A stretch of 63,468 bases of DNA, the filler included, from Chiloscyllium plagiosum (lineage: Eukaryota), in NCBI RefSeq assembly GCF_004010195.1. It is 4 parts of one record of this genome, joined end to end, with 100 filler letters (N's around TTAATTAATTAA, not from the genome) between each part and the next. Parts side by side here need not be neighbours in the genome. Positions count along the whole stretch, not along the records: positions 1 to 19,988 come from NC_057710.1; 3 more parts are not named here. One strand, 5' to 3'. How positions within the stretch are numbered: position 1 is the first letter of the stretch; every line of letters begins with the position of its first letter. A model generated the notes under the pieces. The model was not told the origin of the DNA and made no database searches. It saw only the letters and a program-made list of their open reading frames with translations. A program made the position numbers and the translations under genes. This document shows positions 1 through 13,140 of this stretch, piece after piece.

Positions 1-200
1 TTTACTCAGCGCGTCGTGAGTTCATGGAATGCCCTGCCAGTTGCAGTGGTGGACTCTCCCTCTTTATGGGCATTTAAACGGGCATTGGATAGGCTTATGG
101 AGGATAGTGGGCTAGTGTAGGTTAGGTGGGCTTGGATCGGCGCAACATCGAGGGCCAAAGGGCCTGTACTGCGCTGTATTCTTCTATGTTCTATGTTCTG
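1..200 (+). mobile_element. CR1/HER1 LINE 3' end
   Basis: FTQRVV..WN.LP C-terminal motif, gggccaaagggcctgt 3' stem, (ttctatg)n tail. Confidence 0.8.
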
Positions 201-571
201 TGTTCTAAGACCCATAAACAGTTGCCTCCAATCTACAGTCCCCAATTCCTGCCTAATATTGTTATAGTTGCCCTTCCCCCAGTTTCGTACTTTGACCCAA
301 GGATTGTTCTTATCCTTATCCACAGATAGACTATTTACATCTTGTTTCAAGAAACTCTCCTGGACACACATAGCAAAGTCATTCCTATTCCTGAGCTCTG
401 CCTATATGGCATCGCTAGATGAACCCTCCAAAATGCCCTCCCTCAGTACAGCTCTGACATTCTCTGTAATCAGTAATACAACTCCCCACCTCTCCTACAT
501 TCCTCTCAATTTTGCCTAAATCATAGAAGCTGCCAGTCTTGTCCCTCTCTCAACCAAATATCTGTAATAGC

Positions 572-975
572 TTTTTTTGGTATGGAGGGTGCTAGCTATG
601 AAGAGAGGTTGAGTAGATTAGGATTATTTAAATCATGAGAGAGATAGACAGGGTGGATAGCAAGAAGCTTTTTCTCTCAGTGGGGACTCAATTACTTGGG
701 GTTACAAGTTCAAAGTGAGAGTGGAAACATTTAAGGAGATATGCGTGGAAAGTTAGAGGGTGGTGGGTGCCTGGAACACTTAGCCAGCGGAAGTGGCAGA
801 AGCGGGCACGATACTGTCATTTAAGATGTATCTAGACAGATATATGAACGGGCAGGGAGTAGAGGGATACAGATCCTTAAAAAATAGGCAGCAGGTTTAG
901 ATCAAAGATCAGCACAGACTTGGAGGGCCGAAGGGCATGTTCCTGTGCTGTAATTTTCTTTGTTCTTTGTTCATT
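572..975 (+). mobile_element. CR1 LINE 3' fragment
   Basis: SYEERL.RLGL motif and gggccgaagggc..gt tail. Confidence 0.75.
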
Positions 976-1059
976 GTTAACATATAATTATATGTTTTAA
1001 TTCATGCTCTAAATTCATCTGCCTTACTTGTCATATTCCATTAAAACAAATACATTTCA

Positions 1060-1895
1060 GACTGCCAGTCTGCTGTGCTCAAAAGCCTCTTCTGTCTGTT
1101 CTTCCTCTTAGTCCTACTGCCATTAGTCTCTGACTCCTCCTCCATCATTTCACTTGCTGACCTATTGCTCTGGTTCCTGCCCTGTCACACTGGTTTAACC
1201 CTTCTAAGTGGCTCTAGCAAACCTCCCTGCCAGGATATTGGTACCCTTCCAGTTTGGGTGCAATCCATCCTTATACAGGTTTCACCTGCCCTGGAAGATA
1301 TCCCAATGACCCACATAGCTGAAGCCCTCTATCCTACCTCAGCTCTTTAGTCATTTATTTGTCTGTACTATCTTCTTATTCCTAGCCTCACAGGCATGTG
1401 GCACAAGAAGTAATCACAAGATTACAACCCTTGGTCCCGCTTTTCAACTTCCTACCTAATTCCCTAAATTCACCTTTGCAGGACCTCATCATTCCTCCTG
1501 TCCCTTTCGTTTGCACCATGGCTCTGGTTGCTCGTCCTACCTTTTGAGAATATCCCGTGGTTGCTAGGAGACATCCTTGACTCTGGCACCATGGGGGCAA
1601 CATAGCACTTTAGAGTCTCTTTTGCTCCCACAGAAATACACTACTCTGGCTGTTGCTGTCGCCATCCACTGATAGGCATTCCCCCTAACAATATCCAAAA
1701 CCGTATACGTGTTAGCAAAGGGACAGCCATTGGCTACTCCTGCAGTGTCTGCCTGCCCCTTCCAGCGGTCACCCATCTATAAGCCTGAACCTTGGGCGTG
1801 ACCATATCTCTAAAGCTCCTGTTTATGATGTTTTCTGCCTCCTGCACACTCCTAAGTGTGTCCATCTACTGCTCCAACCGATCCATGCAGGTTGT
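1060..1895 (-). mobile_element. CR1 LINE ORF1 (esterase-like) fragment
   Basis: Degenerate VLCCP.GARVKDVS and FRELGRKLKS peptides typical of CR1 ORF1. Confidence 0.6.
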
Positions 1896-1929
1896 GCCCT
1901 GAAATGAATTACGAATTGGGTGGCAAACG

Positions 1930-3015
1930 GGGAAAAATGTCAGGGAATAAATTGGTAAGTGGCAGGCAGTGACTAGTAGAATTCTTCAGGGATCAGTACT
2001 TATACCCCAACAATTCACAGTATATAGTAATAATTTAGATAACTTAGATAAGGAAACTGTGTGTCATATCTCCAATTCTGCAGATGATGCAAAGCTGGGT
2101 GGGAGGGGATGTTGTGAGGAGGATGCAGAGAATTAGCAGTGTGATTTGAACAAGTAAGTGGGCAAATACATGGCAGATACAATATAATGTGGATACATAT
2201 GAGGTTATCCACTTTGGTATTGACAACATGCAGGCAGATTATAATCTGGATAGCGATAGATAGGGAAAGAGGAAGGTGCAATAAGACCTGCATATCCTTA
2301 TACTCCAGTCACTAAAAGTAAACATGCAAGTGCGGTAATAAATTATATACTGGATTTGTATACCAGAGCAGAGATATCCTGCTGCTCCAATAAGAGAAGG
2401 GCTTTGGTAAGACATCACCTGAGTATTGTGTACTGGTTTGGTTGAGCAGATTAATTCCTGATGTGGCGAAAGTGAGCCCTTCCTGATGAAGGACTTTTGC
2501 CCGAAATGTTGATTTTCCTGCTCGGATGCTGCCTGACCTGCTGTGCTTTTCCAGCACCACTCTAATCTTGATTCTGATTCACGTTGTGACGGACTGATGT
2601 ACTAATGGACAGAGTGGATGGGTTAACACTATATTCACTTGAATTTAAAGGAAAGAGAGAGGATCCTATAGAAGCCTGTAACATTCTAAGAGGATTGGAC
2701 AGGGTAGATGCAGGAAGGATGCTCTCACTGACAAGGGATTCCAGAATCAGAGGTCACAGTCTAAGAATAAGGACTGGGACAAGGAGAAATTTCTTCACCC
2801 TGAGATTGGCAAACTTGTAGAATCTCCTGCCAGAGAAAGTGTTGAGATCAAAATAATAAATGTTTTAAAGATGGAGATAGATATACATTTTTACAGCTAA
2901 AGAGATTAAAGTATATGAGGAGAAAGTTGGATGATCATCTATGATCATATTGAATGGTGGAATAAACTCGATGGGCCAAATGGCCTGGTATGACTTCTAT
3001 GTTCTATGTTTCTAT
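1930..3015 (+). mobile_element. Degenerate CR1 RT/3' fragment with an internal PLE-end insertion (about 2480-2578)
   Basis: QGSVL and ADDAKL motifs, (ttctatg) tail; ctgatga..gaaa motif at 2483-2506. Confidence 0.7.
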
Positions 3016-3600
3016 GCTTCGAAACAAATGTTACACAGTCAGCATTTCAGGACACCTTCAAGAGACAGTGTGTCAATACACCTTTAAGAGACTTACTCAT
3101 GATATTATCTCTGTATCATAGCATGTAACCTAAGGGTATAAAGGTCTCTGAATCCATATTAACGCAGGTCATTTGAAGCATGACACACTGTTGGAAACAC
3201 ACTGTTCTTTGTAACCAAATAACTCAGCAGCTAACTCAGATACAGATGTGCCTGTGAATGGAATAGTTGAATGTGCAGAATGTACATCCAAAATTCAGCA
3301 TTCTGAGGTCAGTAAATCTCTGTGGTCCAGCAACAATTTTTATTCATATTACTTTTTATTTTATTCATTTACATACCCTAAATCTTGCTTGTGCGGCCCA
3401 ATTGGAAAATCATTCACTGGGCATGCAGTTGTTACGAGGCAAGGTAACTTTTAATGTGTTTGTGCATTGAATATACTTGAGCTCTTGTACTCTGGCAAAT
3501 TCTGTGGTCCAGCAAAGACCTAGCCTCAAAGCTGCCAGATTATGGAGACATACACAGTATTTGTGAGCAGTGATGAACGCCTGTTGGATCTTTCTTTTTT

Positions 3601-3908
3601 TTAGATTACATTATAGTGTGGAAACAGGCCCTTCGGCCCAACATGTCCACACCAACCCGCCGAAGCGCAACCCACCCATACCCCTACATTTACCCCTTAC
3701 CTAACACTACGGGCAATTTAGCATGGCCAATTCACCTGACCTGCACATCTTTGGACTGTGGGAGGAAACCGGAGCACCCGGAGGAAACCCATGCAGACAC
3801 GGGGAGAATGTGCAATCTCCACACAGTCAGTCGCCTGAGGCGGGAATTGAACCCGGGTCTCAGGTGCTGTGAGGCAGCAGTGCTAACCACTGTGCCACCG
3901 TGCCGCCC
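3601..3908 (-). mobile_element. HE1-type tRNA-derived V-SINE (further copies about 6465-6778 -, 11611-11880 -, 16074-16338 +, 18975-19276 -, 22200-22495 +, 24890-25190 +, 37450-37770 -, 41765-42060 +, 48241-48390 -)
   Basis: tRNA-like head with A box tggcacagtgg and B box ggttcaattcc, V-domain gtggagtttgcac..ttctcccc..gtgggtttcctcc, HER1-like tail gggccgaagggcctgtttcc. Confidence 0.85.
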
Positions 3909-4486
3909 ACAGCACTACACTATTCAAGACCTTGCTTCTTACTTTACGAGTGATAATGTAAGCACTGCAGTATCAGATAGCGTCAGTAAAGATATCCTGC
4001 TAGAGGCAAAAATGCACAACCACCACGATTTTGAATAGTCTAGGATATGTTATTTACAGACAAATGGAGGAACAAGTTAAAAAACATTCATTCACCCACC
4101 CTCAGTAGGAAAGCTTATTGAAAGGGGAGTCTCATTTGAACATGTTTGCCCTTTCATCAGTAACATTGTATTGCATGAGTCCAGATTCATAGTGTTTGAA
4201 TTGAGCCTGAAAGTTCATCTAAACCTTTTCTTTAATCACATCAAGCTCAGTGATAAAACATGGCCAGGACTGAGAAATGATGATGGATAGAATCATTTCT
4301 TCCAGAAACACAATTGTGACAGGCCAGAGGTTAGCGTGGGACTGTATTTGCCAGGTTTCTCCCCATTAAACCTGACATGACATCCTTTGGAGGCTGAGAG
4401 GGTTTTGAAAGACAGCCACAGAAATTCATTGATTCTGTTCTGGCCAGAAAAGGAGCAAATTTCTCAGATCATGTGTTTTTGTCTCC

Positions 4487-4837
4487 GAGTTCAGAAAAGA
4501 TTTACAAGGATGTTGCCAGGGTTGGAGGATTTGAGCTATAGGGAGAGACTGAACAGGCTGGGGCTGTTTTCCCTGGAGCATCAGAGGCTGAGGGGTGACC
4601 TTATAGAGGTTTACAAAATTATGAAGAGCATGGATAGGATAAATAGACAAAGTCTCTTCACTGGGGTGGGGGAGTCCAGAACTGGAGGGCATAGGTTTAG
4701 GGTGAGAGGGGAAAGATATAAGAGACCTAAGGGGGCAACAGGTGGGACTAGATTGGGTTGGGATATCTGGTCAGCCTGGACGGGTTGAACCGAAGGGTCT
4801 GTTTCTGTGCTGTACATCTCCATGACTATGACTCTAT
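4487..4837 (+). mobile_element. CR1/HER1 LINE 3' fragment
   Basis: RVQKRFTRMLPGLEDLSYRERLNRLGLFSLE; (ctatgact) tail. Confidence 0.85.
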
Positions 4838-5349
4838 TCAAAGTTTGTGAGAAGATTTGTAGCTCGGGTGACCGTTGCTGTGGTTCTGTTCGCCGAGCTG
4901 GAAGTTTTTATTGCAAATGTTTCGTTCCCTGTCTAGGTGACATCCTCAGTGCTTGGGAGCCTCCTGCGAAGTGCTTCTGTGGTGTTTCCTCCGGCATTTA
5001 TAGTGGCCTGTCTCTGCCGCTTCCGGTTGTCAGTTTCAGCTGTCCGCTGTAGTGGCCGGTAAATTGGGTCCAGGTCGATGTGTTTGTTGATAGAGTTTGT
5101 AGATGAGTGTCCACAAACACTCATCCACAAACTCCATCAACAAACACATCGACCTGGACCCAATATACCGGCCACTACAGCGGACAGCGAAACTGACAAC
5201 CGGAAGCAGCAGGGACAGGCCACTATAAATGCCGGAGGAAACACCACAGAAGCACTTCGCAGGAGGCTCCCAAGCACTGAGGATGTCACCTAGACAGGGG
5301 ACGAAATGTTTGCAACAAAAACTTCCAGCTCAGCGAACAGAACCACAAC
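4838..5349. mobile_element. Fold-back Penelope-like (Poseidon-type) insertion: about 235 bp inverted arms, 6 nt spacer, hammerhead motif in each arm
   Basis: 4877-5110 is the reverse complement of about 5117-5349; TSD ctatgactctat (4826-4837 / 5349-5360); peptide NSINKHIDLDPIYRPL resembles a PLE GIY-YIG C-terminus. Confidence 0.8.
5274..5313 (+). ncRNA. Minimal type I hammerhead ribozyme motif (family B), degenerate
   Basis: gca-CTGAGGA-tgtcacctagacaggggac-GAAA-tGTT-tgc; stem I gca/tgc; stem II gtc.cct/agg.gac; C>T change after GAAA. Confidence 0.6.
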
Positions 5350-5468
5350 TATGACTCTATATCAATGTCCTCCTGAATCAGTTACCATCTATTATTCTGT
5401 TTACCGATCTTCTGAGTTTTACGCTATCTGCAAACATCAGAACTGCGACCTGTATTTCCAAGTGCTAG

Positions 5469-5470
5469 AC

Positions 5471-5502
<32 letters not shown>
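5469..5502. repeat. (AC)n microsatellite
   Basis: Direct reading. Confidence 0.9.
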
Positions 5503-5978
5503 TATATAAAACAGTGTCCGTCATATCAGTTATAACCATTCACTGCAATTCTCTGCTCTCTGTCAACTTTGGATCCATACTGTCATCCCCAATCCCCACT
5601 TCAACTGCTAAGAAGTTAGTTGCTATGTCAGTCACATGTGATGATCTATGGAGTTTAGCAAGTTATCTCATGATGAATATTAACCCAAATAGAATTTACA
5701 ACTTCAGCATTCAACTGCCTTTTTATGATTATATACCCAGTAACCAAATCACAGTGAGTAATATAGCAGATCTCTATGGAGATAACTATGTTCATTTTGT
5801 TTTTCACAACAGAATTATAAAAAATTGAATATTTGATTCCAAAATGGTGTTGTATGGTTAGTGCACTTCCCAAATGAAATGTAATGAGAACCCTTGGTTT
5901 CAATATTTCATACATCTTCAGTAAAACTGCTTACTTTGTAACCAATTGAAGCAATGTATTGTCAAATTAAAGGCCATT

Positions 5979-6860
5979 TCATAGAGTCATGCAGCATGGA
6001 AACAAACCCTTCAATCCACCTGGTCCACGTCAGCAATGTTCCCAAAATAAACTAGTCCCACCTGCCTGCATTTGGCCCGCATCCCGCCAACCCTTTCCTA
6101 TTCATGTAAATATCTAAATGTCTTCTAAACATTGTACCTGCATACACCACTTCCTCTGACAGTTCATTCCACGCACGAACCACTGTATAAAATTGATGCC
6201 ACACCTCTCCATGTCCTTTTCAAATCTTTCTTCTCTCACTTTAAAAACGTGCCTCTTAGTTTTGAACTCCTCAACCCTAGGGAAAAGACCCTTGTTATCC
6301 ACCTTATCTATGCCCCTTATAATTTTATAAACCTCTATAAGATCACCCCTCAACCTTCTACGCTTCAATGAAAAATGTCCCAGCATATCTAGCCTATTTT
6401 TATAATTTAAACCCACCATTCCTGGCCACCTCGGTAAATCTTTTCTGAACCATCTTCAGTTTTTAGATTAGATTAAATTACTTACAGTGTGGAAACAGGC
6501 CCTTCGGCCCAACAAGTCCGCACCGCCCCGCCGAAGCGCAACCACCCATACCCCTACATTTACCCTTTACCTAACACTACGGGCAATTTAGCATGGCCAA
6601 TTCACCTGACCTGCACATCTTTGGACTGTAGGAGGAAACCGGAGCACCCGGAGGAAACCCACGCAGACACGGGGAGAACGTGCAAACTCCACACAGTCAG
6701 TCGCCTGAGGCGGGAATTGAACCCGGGTCTCTGGCGCTGTGAGGCAGCAGTGCTAACCACTGTGCCACCGTGCCACCCACAATGTTTAACAACATCTTTC
6801 TTATAGCAGGGCACCCAGAACTGCAGCATTTTCCTTATGGTGGCAGGACCAACTGCTACA
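5979..6860 (-). mobile_element. CR1 LINE 3' fragment interrupted by an HE1 SINE (6465-6778)
   Basis: ORF 6114..6419 RRLRGDLIEVYKII; QFWVPCYKKDVVK resumes on the other side of the SINE. Confidence 0.8.
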
Positions 6861-8207
6861 TTGGGAAACCATGGGGCAAACCCCTGACAGTCTCCTGGGT
6901 TGGACTGATCTCCTTTACAGGTGTCCCATGGCACACTGAGAGGTACACAAGCAGCAATGACTGTTCTTATGGCCCAAATCTATAGTGTGGGTTACACTGC
7001 CCGCACCAGAATGATGAATACACCAAATCCTGTGCCAATGACCATGACTATGTGGCTCCACAAAGTTAAGAAAAACTTAACAGGATGACCAATTAATGAC
7101 CAAATTGCTTCTTTCCACCGCCATGACATTTTACCAGCAACAGTGGATGAGAACTTTGTCATGTCTGGAGGCTTCTATATTAAACATGCAGCCTCCCTGA
7201 GGGTTTCCATAGAGAGTCCCTATAATGGCCATGGCTATCCGTGCTGGAGGACTACCCTGATATCCACTGACCTTCTCCACCCCACCTCTTGCCAGGTGGT
7301 GCCTGCAACCCTGAGAGCTCTGGCAAACCTTCATGCACTCCAGGCCATATGCTATGTAGGGTTAGCATAAACTCTCTGCCCTTATACTCTGTGCCTCTAC
7401 TAATGAAGCTAAGAATTGTACACTTTTTAAGAGCTCTCTCTAACTGTTCTGTCACATTTTAAGCCTTCACCACATACTGCCACATAACTGACCACTCTAC
7501 CAACTTGTCAATATCTTTTTGAAGTCCTAAATTGTCCACAAGTTTACAAGTTTACATGTTCACAGTTTACAACTTTTGTCCACAAACTTTGAGACTGTCC
7601 CTTGCACACCTCGACCATTTATGTACATACATCAGGAAAAGCTACGGTTCCAATATCAACTTCTGAGAAACTCCATTTTAAACTTTGTTTCAGTGAAACA
7701 CATATCTGTTCACCATTAACCTGCTGCAAGGACACTGTACATGCAGGCTCAGACACCCAGCCTATGGATTGGACCAGGCTGCATCTCAGAGCTGCTCTCT
7801 TAGCAATGGCTCTGGTACAGCCTACTTCAATGCTTTGCCTTTCTTTGCATCGCCTTGCCATTTTATATCGGCACAAAGCCAGACAGTTTGAAATGGTTGT
7901 CAGCAGTAATCAGTCAATGGAGCGGACATGTTGCTGTATGACACCAAACTATGTCACTCTTGGTATCAGCAGCTTATATGGCAAACATACTGTGTGTGCT
8001 TCAAACAACTGGCTTTGTCTCAAAGTCTAAGACTCGGTTGGCTGGCAGCATCTGATGTGGCCTCCTCTGCCAGTCCTGGGTGCAGAAGACAGTCATCCAC
8101 TGCAACACCCTGTCCAGCTGGACCTCCAATCCTCAAAGTGGGGTGCCAATTTCTCTTTATCCACCATGTCCAGGGCAAATGTTATGAATTGGGCATGGCT
8201 GCTGCAG

Positions 8208-8336
8208 GGCAAAAGTGATGACTGCAGATGCTGGAGATTAGAGTCGAGAGTGTGGTGCTGGAAAAGCACAGCAGGTCAGGCAGCATCTGAGAAGCAGGAG
8301 AGTCATCGTTTTGGGCAAAAGCCCTTCATCAGGAAA
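8208..8336 (-). mobile_element. PLE terminal (pLTR) fragment, family A, with mutated hammerhead
   Basis: Reverse complement reads ctgatgaagggcttttgcccaaaac; same family as 17397, 20285, 22260 and 58461. Confidence 0.75.
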
Positions 8337-9935
8337 CATGGCTGCTACAGTCTGACAGGTGCACAATGAGAGATAGAGCCTAGGATCCTGCAGGAGTAAT
8401 TACTTGCCCTACATTGGGTGGGAAAATAGAGCTAGAGACTCACAAGTGTGGCATTTAATTAATGATGCATGTTTGGGATGAGTACATGAGAAAACTCACT
8501 AGAAAGAAACTCTCCATGAAACTCAACAAAAATATCACTTTACTGATGACTGGTAAGAGTCAACCCAAATGTTCTTCCTAGAATCTGTCAAATAGACTAT
8601 GCTCACTATGCTCCTATTGGACATGCAAGACAAATACAGCCAATCAGATAGGAAATTACCTTCATGGTTCAGTGACTCAGCTATCCTGGTGTAGCTGAAA
8701 TGTTGACTGAGTCAATATATAATCATGATTTTAGTAATAATTTGAGATAAAGCCATCACAATTTGTACAATCTAGAAGTACATTTTGGCACGTTTCAACT
8801 TGAAGTACAGCTAACCACATCCTGAACAGAGATGTCCAGACAGTTCTGCAAATGAAGTAATTTGCAAGCAAGCCTCAGTCACTACCTTTGTTCCAGTATA
8901 GTTTCACATGCTATATGTTTAGTATGACACAGAACTTAATAAACACTATTCATATAGAGCAGCCTAAATGGCTCAGCAGCAGATGAATCAGCCTCAATAC
9001 AAAGATCCTAGGTTCAAGTCCCACTCTAGGTGTTTTTGGCCATGTAAGGAGCATACATGCATTTTAAAACAGGCTGCAAAATTCTTCCAACATTCCATAC
9101 CATTCTCTAAGGGAGAAACAAGAGCAAGGAAACACACAAAAAAAATTAAGTCAGATCATTTGTATCTGTAGCCAAACAGCAGTAACCAAGTAACATTTAC
9201 AGGAGCCCAGATTATGCTCTCAGTGGCTAAATAATAGCACTCAATATTCACTTCAGTGAAAATGACCCACAGGAGAGTGGAGATTGGCAGCGGAGATTTC
9301 CTCTAATTCAGCAAGTTTTCCAGTTCACTATTCTCTAATGACCTGTGGCTCATATGAACTGACAATGCAACAATAAGGTACTTCAACATATCATTTTGAA
9401 GAATCCTTAATGTAATATAAGAACTAAAGTCAGGAATAATTTCCAATAAGCAAGAAATAGAATTTAGAATTAAATTATGCACAGTAAGCAAAATAAAGAT
9501 TGGGAAATATAAGTTTGATTAAAGTAGAAATATAAGAGGATGAAAAAGTGTCAAAAGTTGGATTTTTTATATTTTAGACCAATACCACTCATTTCATTAT
9601 GATAGAATAAGACTCCATTCTTATAGAATTAATTTTTCAGTTTTGGGGAGATTTTTCACCAATAAGTCTCATTTATATCACCATTAGAAATCCACTTGCT
9701 CCTGAATATACAAGTCCTAAATTTTCGTTGTCTTTTTTTGTACTGAACTATCGAGAGAATATAGCAAAATCATGTGCATTGCATTTATTTTAATGCTGAG
9801 TTGTTTGTTGTAGATTACAATGGTATATTCTATGGCAGTAACTCTGACAAAAAATCTGGATTTCTGTGTTTAATTGATGTGTACATAATCCAGAAATTAG
9901 TGTCATATTTCCTCTATTATAATAATATCACTGAT

Positions 9936-10218
9936 AGCTTAAAAATACAGGGTAGACCATTTAGGACAGAGATGAAAAGAAACTTCTTCACCCAGAGAGT
10001 GGTGGCTGTGTGAAATGCTCTGCCCCAGAGGGCAGTGGAGGCCCAATCTCTGGATTCATTGAAGAAAGAGTTGGATAGAGCTCTCAAGGATAGTGGAATC
10101 AAGGGTTATGGAGATAAGGCAGGAACAGAATACTGATTAAGGATGATCAGCCATGATCATATTGAATGGTGGTGCAGTATGGCCTACCCCTGCACCTATT
10201 GTCTATTGTCTATTGTCT
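9936..10218 (+). mobile_element. CR1 LINE 3' end
   Basis: RNFFTQRVVAV; (gtctatt)n tail. Confidence 0.8.
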
Positions 10219-10898
10219 AGCCTCAAAATTATTCTCACCATGAATTCCACTTCAGTATAACAATATACACTCTCAGTGAGGAAGGGCTGTTGTTGAAAGG
10301 CCTAAAAGAATCACAACTTATATCTTTTTTCTGTTTGAATCACCATCATTGCTACTTCCAGTCAACTTACTAAGAAGAAAATGGACTTGCGGCAATCTAC
10401 AGCATTAATAATAAAAGTCCTGATTTTATTTTAGAGTTGAACTGCCACACATTCCATGAATATACTTCTGAGTGCTGCCAATATCTCTCAGTCAGGCCTG
10501 TGAGGATATTTTGACAGCATGCTTGTGTCCTTCATGTGGATGTCAGCACGGGAGAGAAGGGTGAAGAGAAATTGTAGCTATTTCCTACAGCCATGACATC
10601 TAAAGATTTTTCTGAAACTTTGATTTTGTATAAGTAACAAAGAAAAAAGCAATCAATGAAGTGACAATGAACTAGTTATTCACTGAGATCAAAGTCTGCC
10701 ATGTCACTCCTCCTGTAAAAAACACAGTGCCCACTTCATGTGGAAATTTGAACAGAGAGAGACAAGACAATATAGATCCAGTGTAACTGTGTCTTGCCCT
10801 AAATCCCATGTCAACCAGCTTAATTATATGGCTAAATTACCCCGAAACATTGAGATTTCATGGCTGTAATCTACATATTAAAAACCTCAAATGGATTC

Positions 10899-11123
10899 TG
10901 TCGTGATTGAAACAAGGTCAGCCAGGTGAACCTCATAGAATGAGTTCCCCAATTGGGGCTGTTAACTTAGTCCAATCAGGGTGGATAGATATAAACAGGA
11001 TTGTCAGGGGTTCTGTTCACTGTGAGAGCTGGCTCTGAGTTAGCTGGGTCAGTGTCATGTACTTTGCACATGTAAATTAAGGGTGGCTTGGTGATGGGAT
11101 ACTACCTTCATGGAATAATTTCA
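10899..11123 (+). mobile_element. Short solo LTR (225 bp)
   Basis: TG...CA ends, 5 bp TSD gattc (10894-10898 / 11124-11128), internal CCAAT and TATAAA. Confidence 0.6.
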
Positions 11124-11979
11124 GATTCTTCATGATCTATAAAGCTTACTTCATTTTTATCATACGTTTTGGGCACATTTCCTTCAGAACATTTCCCACT
11201 GCAAATTTCTATGTCAGTACTTCCCACTCACTTATACTATATTAAAGATCTCAGCTATAGATGTTACCTCCAGCCACTGGATGGCCACATATATTAAATA
11301 AAAACAAAAAGTACTGAAGAAACTCAGTAGGTCTGGTGACATCTGTGGAAAGAGAGTACTTTCAGTTTTTATTTCAAATTTCCAGCATTCATAATCCTTG
11401 GCTTTCATTTGAGTCTCTTAAGTTCTTTACTTATTGACATTTTTTATATAAAACAAACCTGGACAAAAACCTGTTGGGTTTGGCCACATTATCAGTACAT
11501 CAGAAATTTGGGACTGATTATCATTGATTAGTGACAACGAATGAACAAATACTTTGCCAGATATGCTGTTTTGCTGGCAAGATATTTAGCCACAGCAAAA
11601 TCTTGGATAATTAGATTACATGCAGTGTGGAAACAGGCCCTTCGTCCCAACAAGTCCACACCTACCCTCCAAAGAGCAACCCACCCAAACCCATGCCCCT
11701 ACATTTACCCCTTCACCTACGGGCAATTTAGCATGGCCAATTCACCTAACCTGCACATTTTTGGACTGTGGGAAGAAACCAGAGCACCCGGAGGAAACCC
11801 ACGTAGACACGGGGAGAATGTGCAAACTCCACACAAACAGTTGCCTGAGGTGGGAAGGGAACCCGGGTCTCTGGCACTGTGATCAGTAATCTATACTGAC
11901 TACGCAAGATATTGCTGAAAATGTCTGTAGATTGTGACTCTTGATATTTATATTTTCTCATAATCTGTAAGAGTCATAC

Positions 11980-12097
11980 CTTTAAGGTCTGCTGATTTCA
12001 CAAGAGTTGGGTAATTCCAGATTGAGACCTGGTGCTTGGGAAATCCATGGCCAGTTACTAACTCGTTGTGTTGTGATAGGAAGAGTAATGAACAAAT
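11980..12097 (-). CDS. CDC20B: CDC20B exon (WD40; ICSLLFLSQHNELVTGHGFPKHQVSIWNYPTLVKSADLK-G), penultimate coding exon
   Basis: Manual translation; cttcag acceptor and GTATGA donor; 118 nt, phase 0 to 1; matches the CDC20-family xCSxxW...GHG...IWxYP repeat. Confidence 0.9.
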
Positions 12098-13140
12098 CTG
12101 AAGAAACAAAACCAAGTATCAACAGTAAGAATTTTTTATTTTATGCAAAAGTCAGGATCTTCCACATTTTTATCATTAGGGAACTTGTGTCCCTGAAATA
12201 AGCCAACTTGCAGGCCAAAACATCATTTAAGGCTTGCTACCAATTTTTGCTGAAGGTTTAAAATTGAAATTAAAATGGAATTTTGTTAGGACAGACTTCT
12301 GCCTGTGATTTTTTTTCAAAACAATTGACATCAGCCTTAGACAAATCCATTGCTTAGAAAATAATAACATAGGGACCTGGCAAGAAATGAACCTTTCTCT
12401 ATCTATTACTTTTAGTTTATAAAATCATTTCATAGCAGTGTTGAGCTTTTATTTTCCCTTCCACTGAAAAAGTGACAAACGTGTTATTCCATCAAACAAA
12501 CATTTGAAGTGTTGCTCAGTGTTGTTCAACTAGCCCAATGTCAACAGAAGTGACTTAAAATTGACTTGCTGCATAAAAGTTCAACAGAACGATGACTGAA
12601 ACCACAACAAGTCAGGCTATCCCTGCAACGGTTGCTGTTTTATACCTCCATAAATAGCACAACGTGGTAACTGCCACCTTGCTGAATCATAGAAAAGTTT
12701 TGTTGAAATAGGTGTCATCCAATATGTTGAATTTGTTGGGTCTGCATCATATGATATGTTTGCACAGCATTATTACTTTCTTGAGGGGAAGAATTCTAAG
12801 TGTCAGCCATATAGGTGTTCATGCCTCTCCTACCACTGCATGAATTCCATTTCCTATTCCAAATGCAAGGCATCCATTGGCAGGTCTAATGAAATGCCCA
12901 TATCTGGCATTGGTCATACCAGCTGAGGTCAGCTGGTGACAACAGGAATGCTGCTGTGAGACACATTCACTAAAGTGCACTGATTCAGAAAGAAATAACA
13001 ATAAACAGTCGGAAAAATGCGATTTAGCTCCAGTTCACATGAGCTGTTGTCAAATACTTCAAAATGCATATTTTATAAATGCCACAACCCAACCTTGGAT
13101 AGTGATATATCATTACCATAATACCTTCCGTTGTTCAGAG

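Noticed and set aside
3616..4038. Recurrent MWKQALRP/NLAWPIHLTC ORFs suggesting a gene family
   Set aside because: Antisense translations of HE1 SINE copies
1..11979. Search for the final CDC20B exon (GH..RVLH.ALSPD)
   Set aside because: All AG-GN-CAY candidates I found gave stops or repeat-derived peptides; the exon probably lies left of the window
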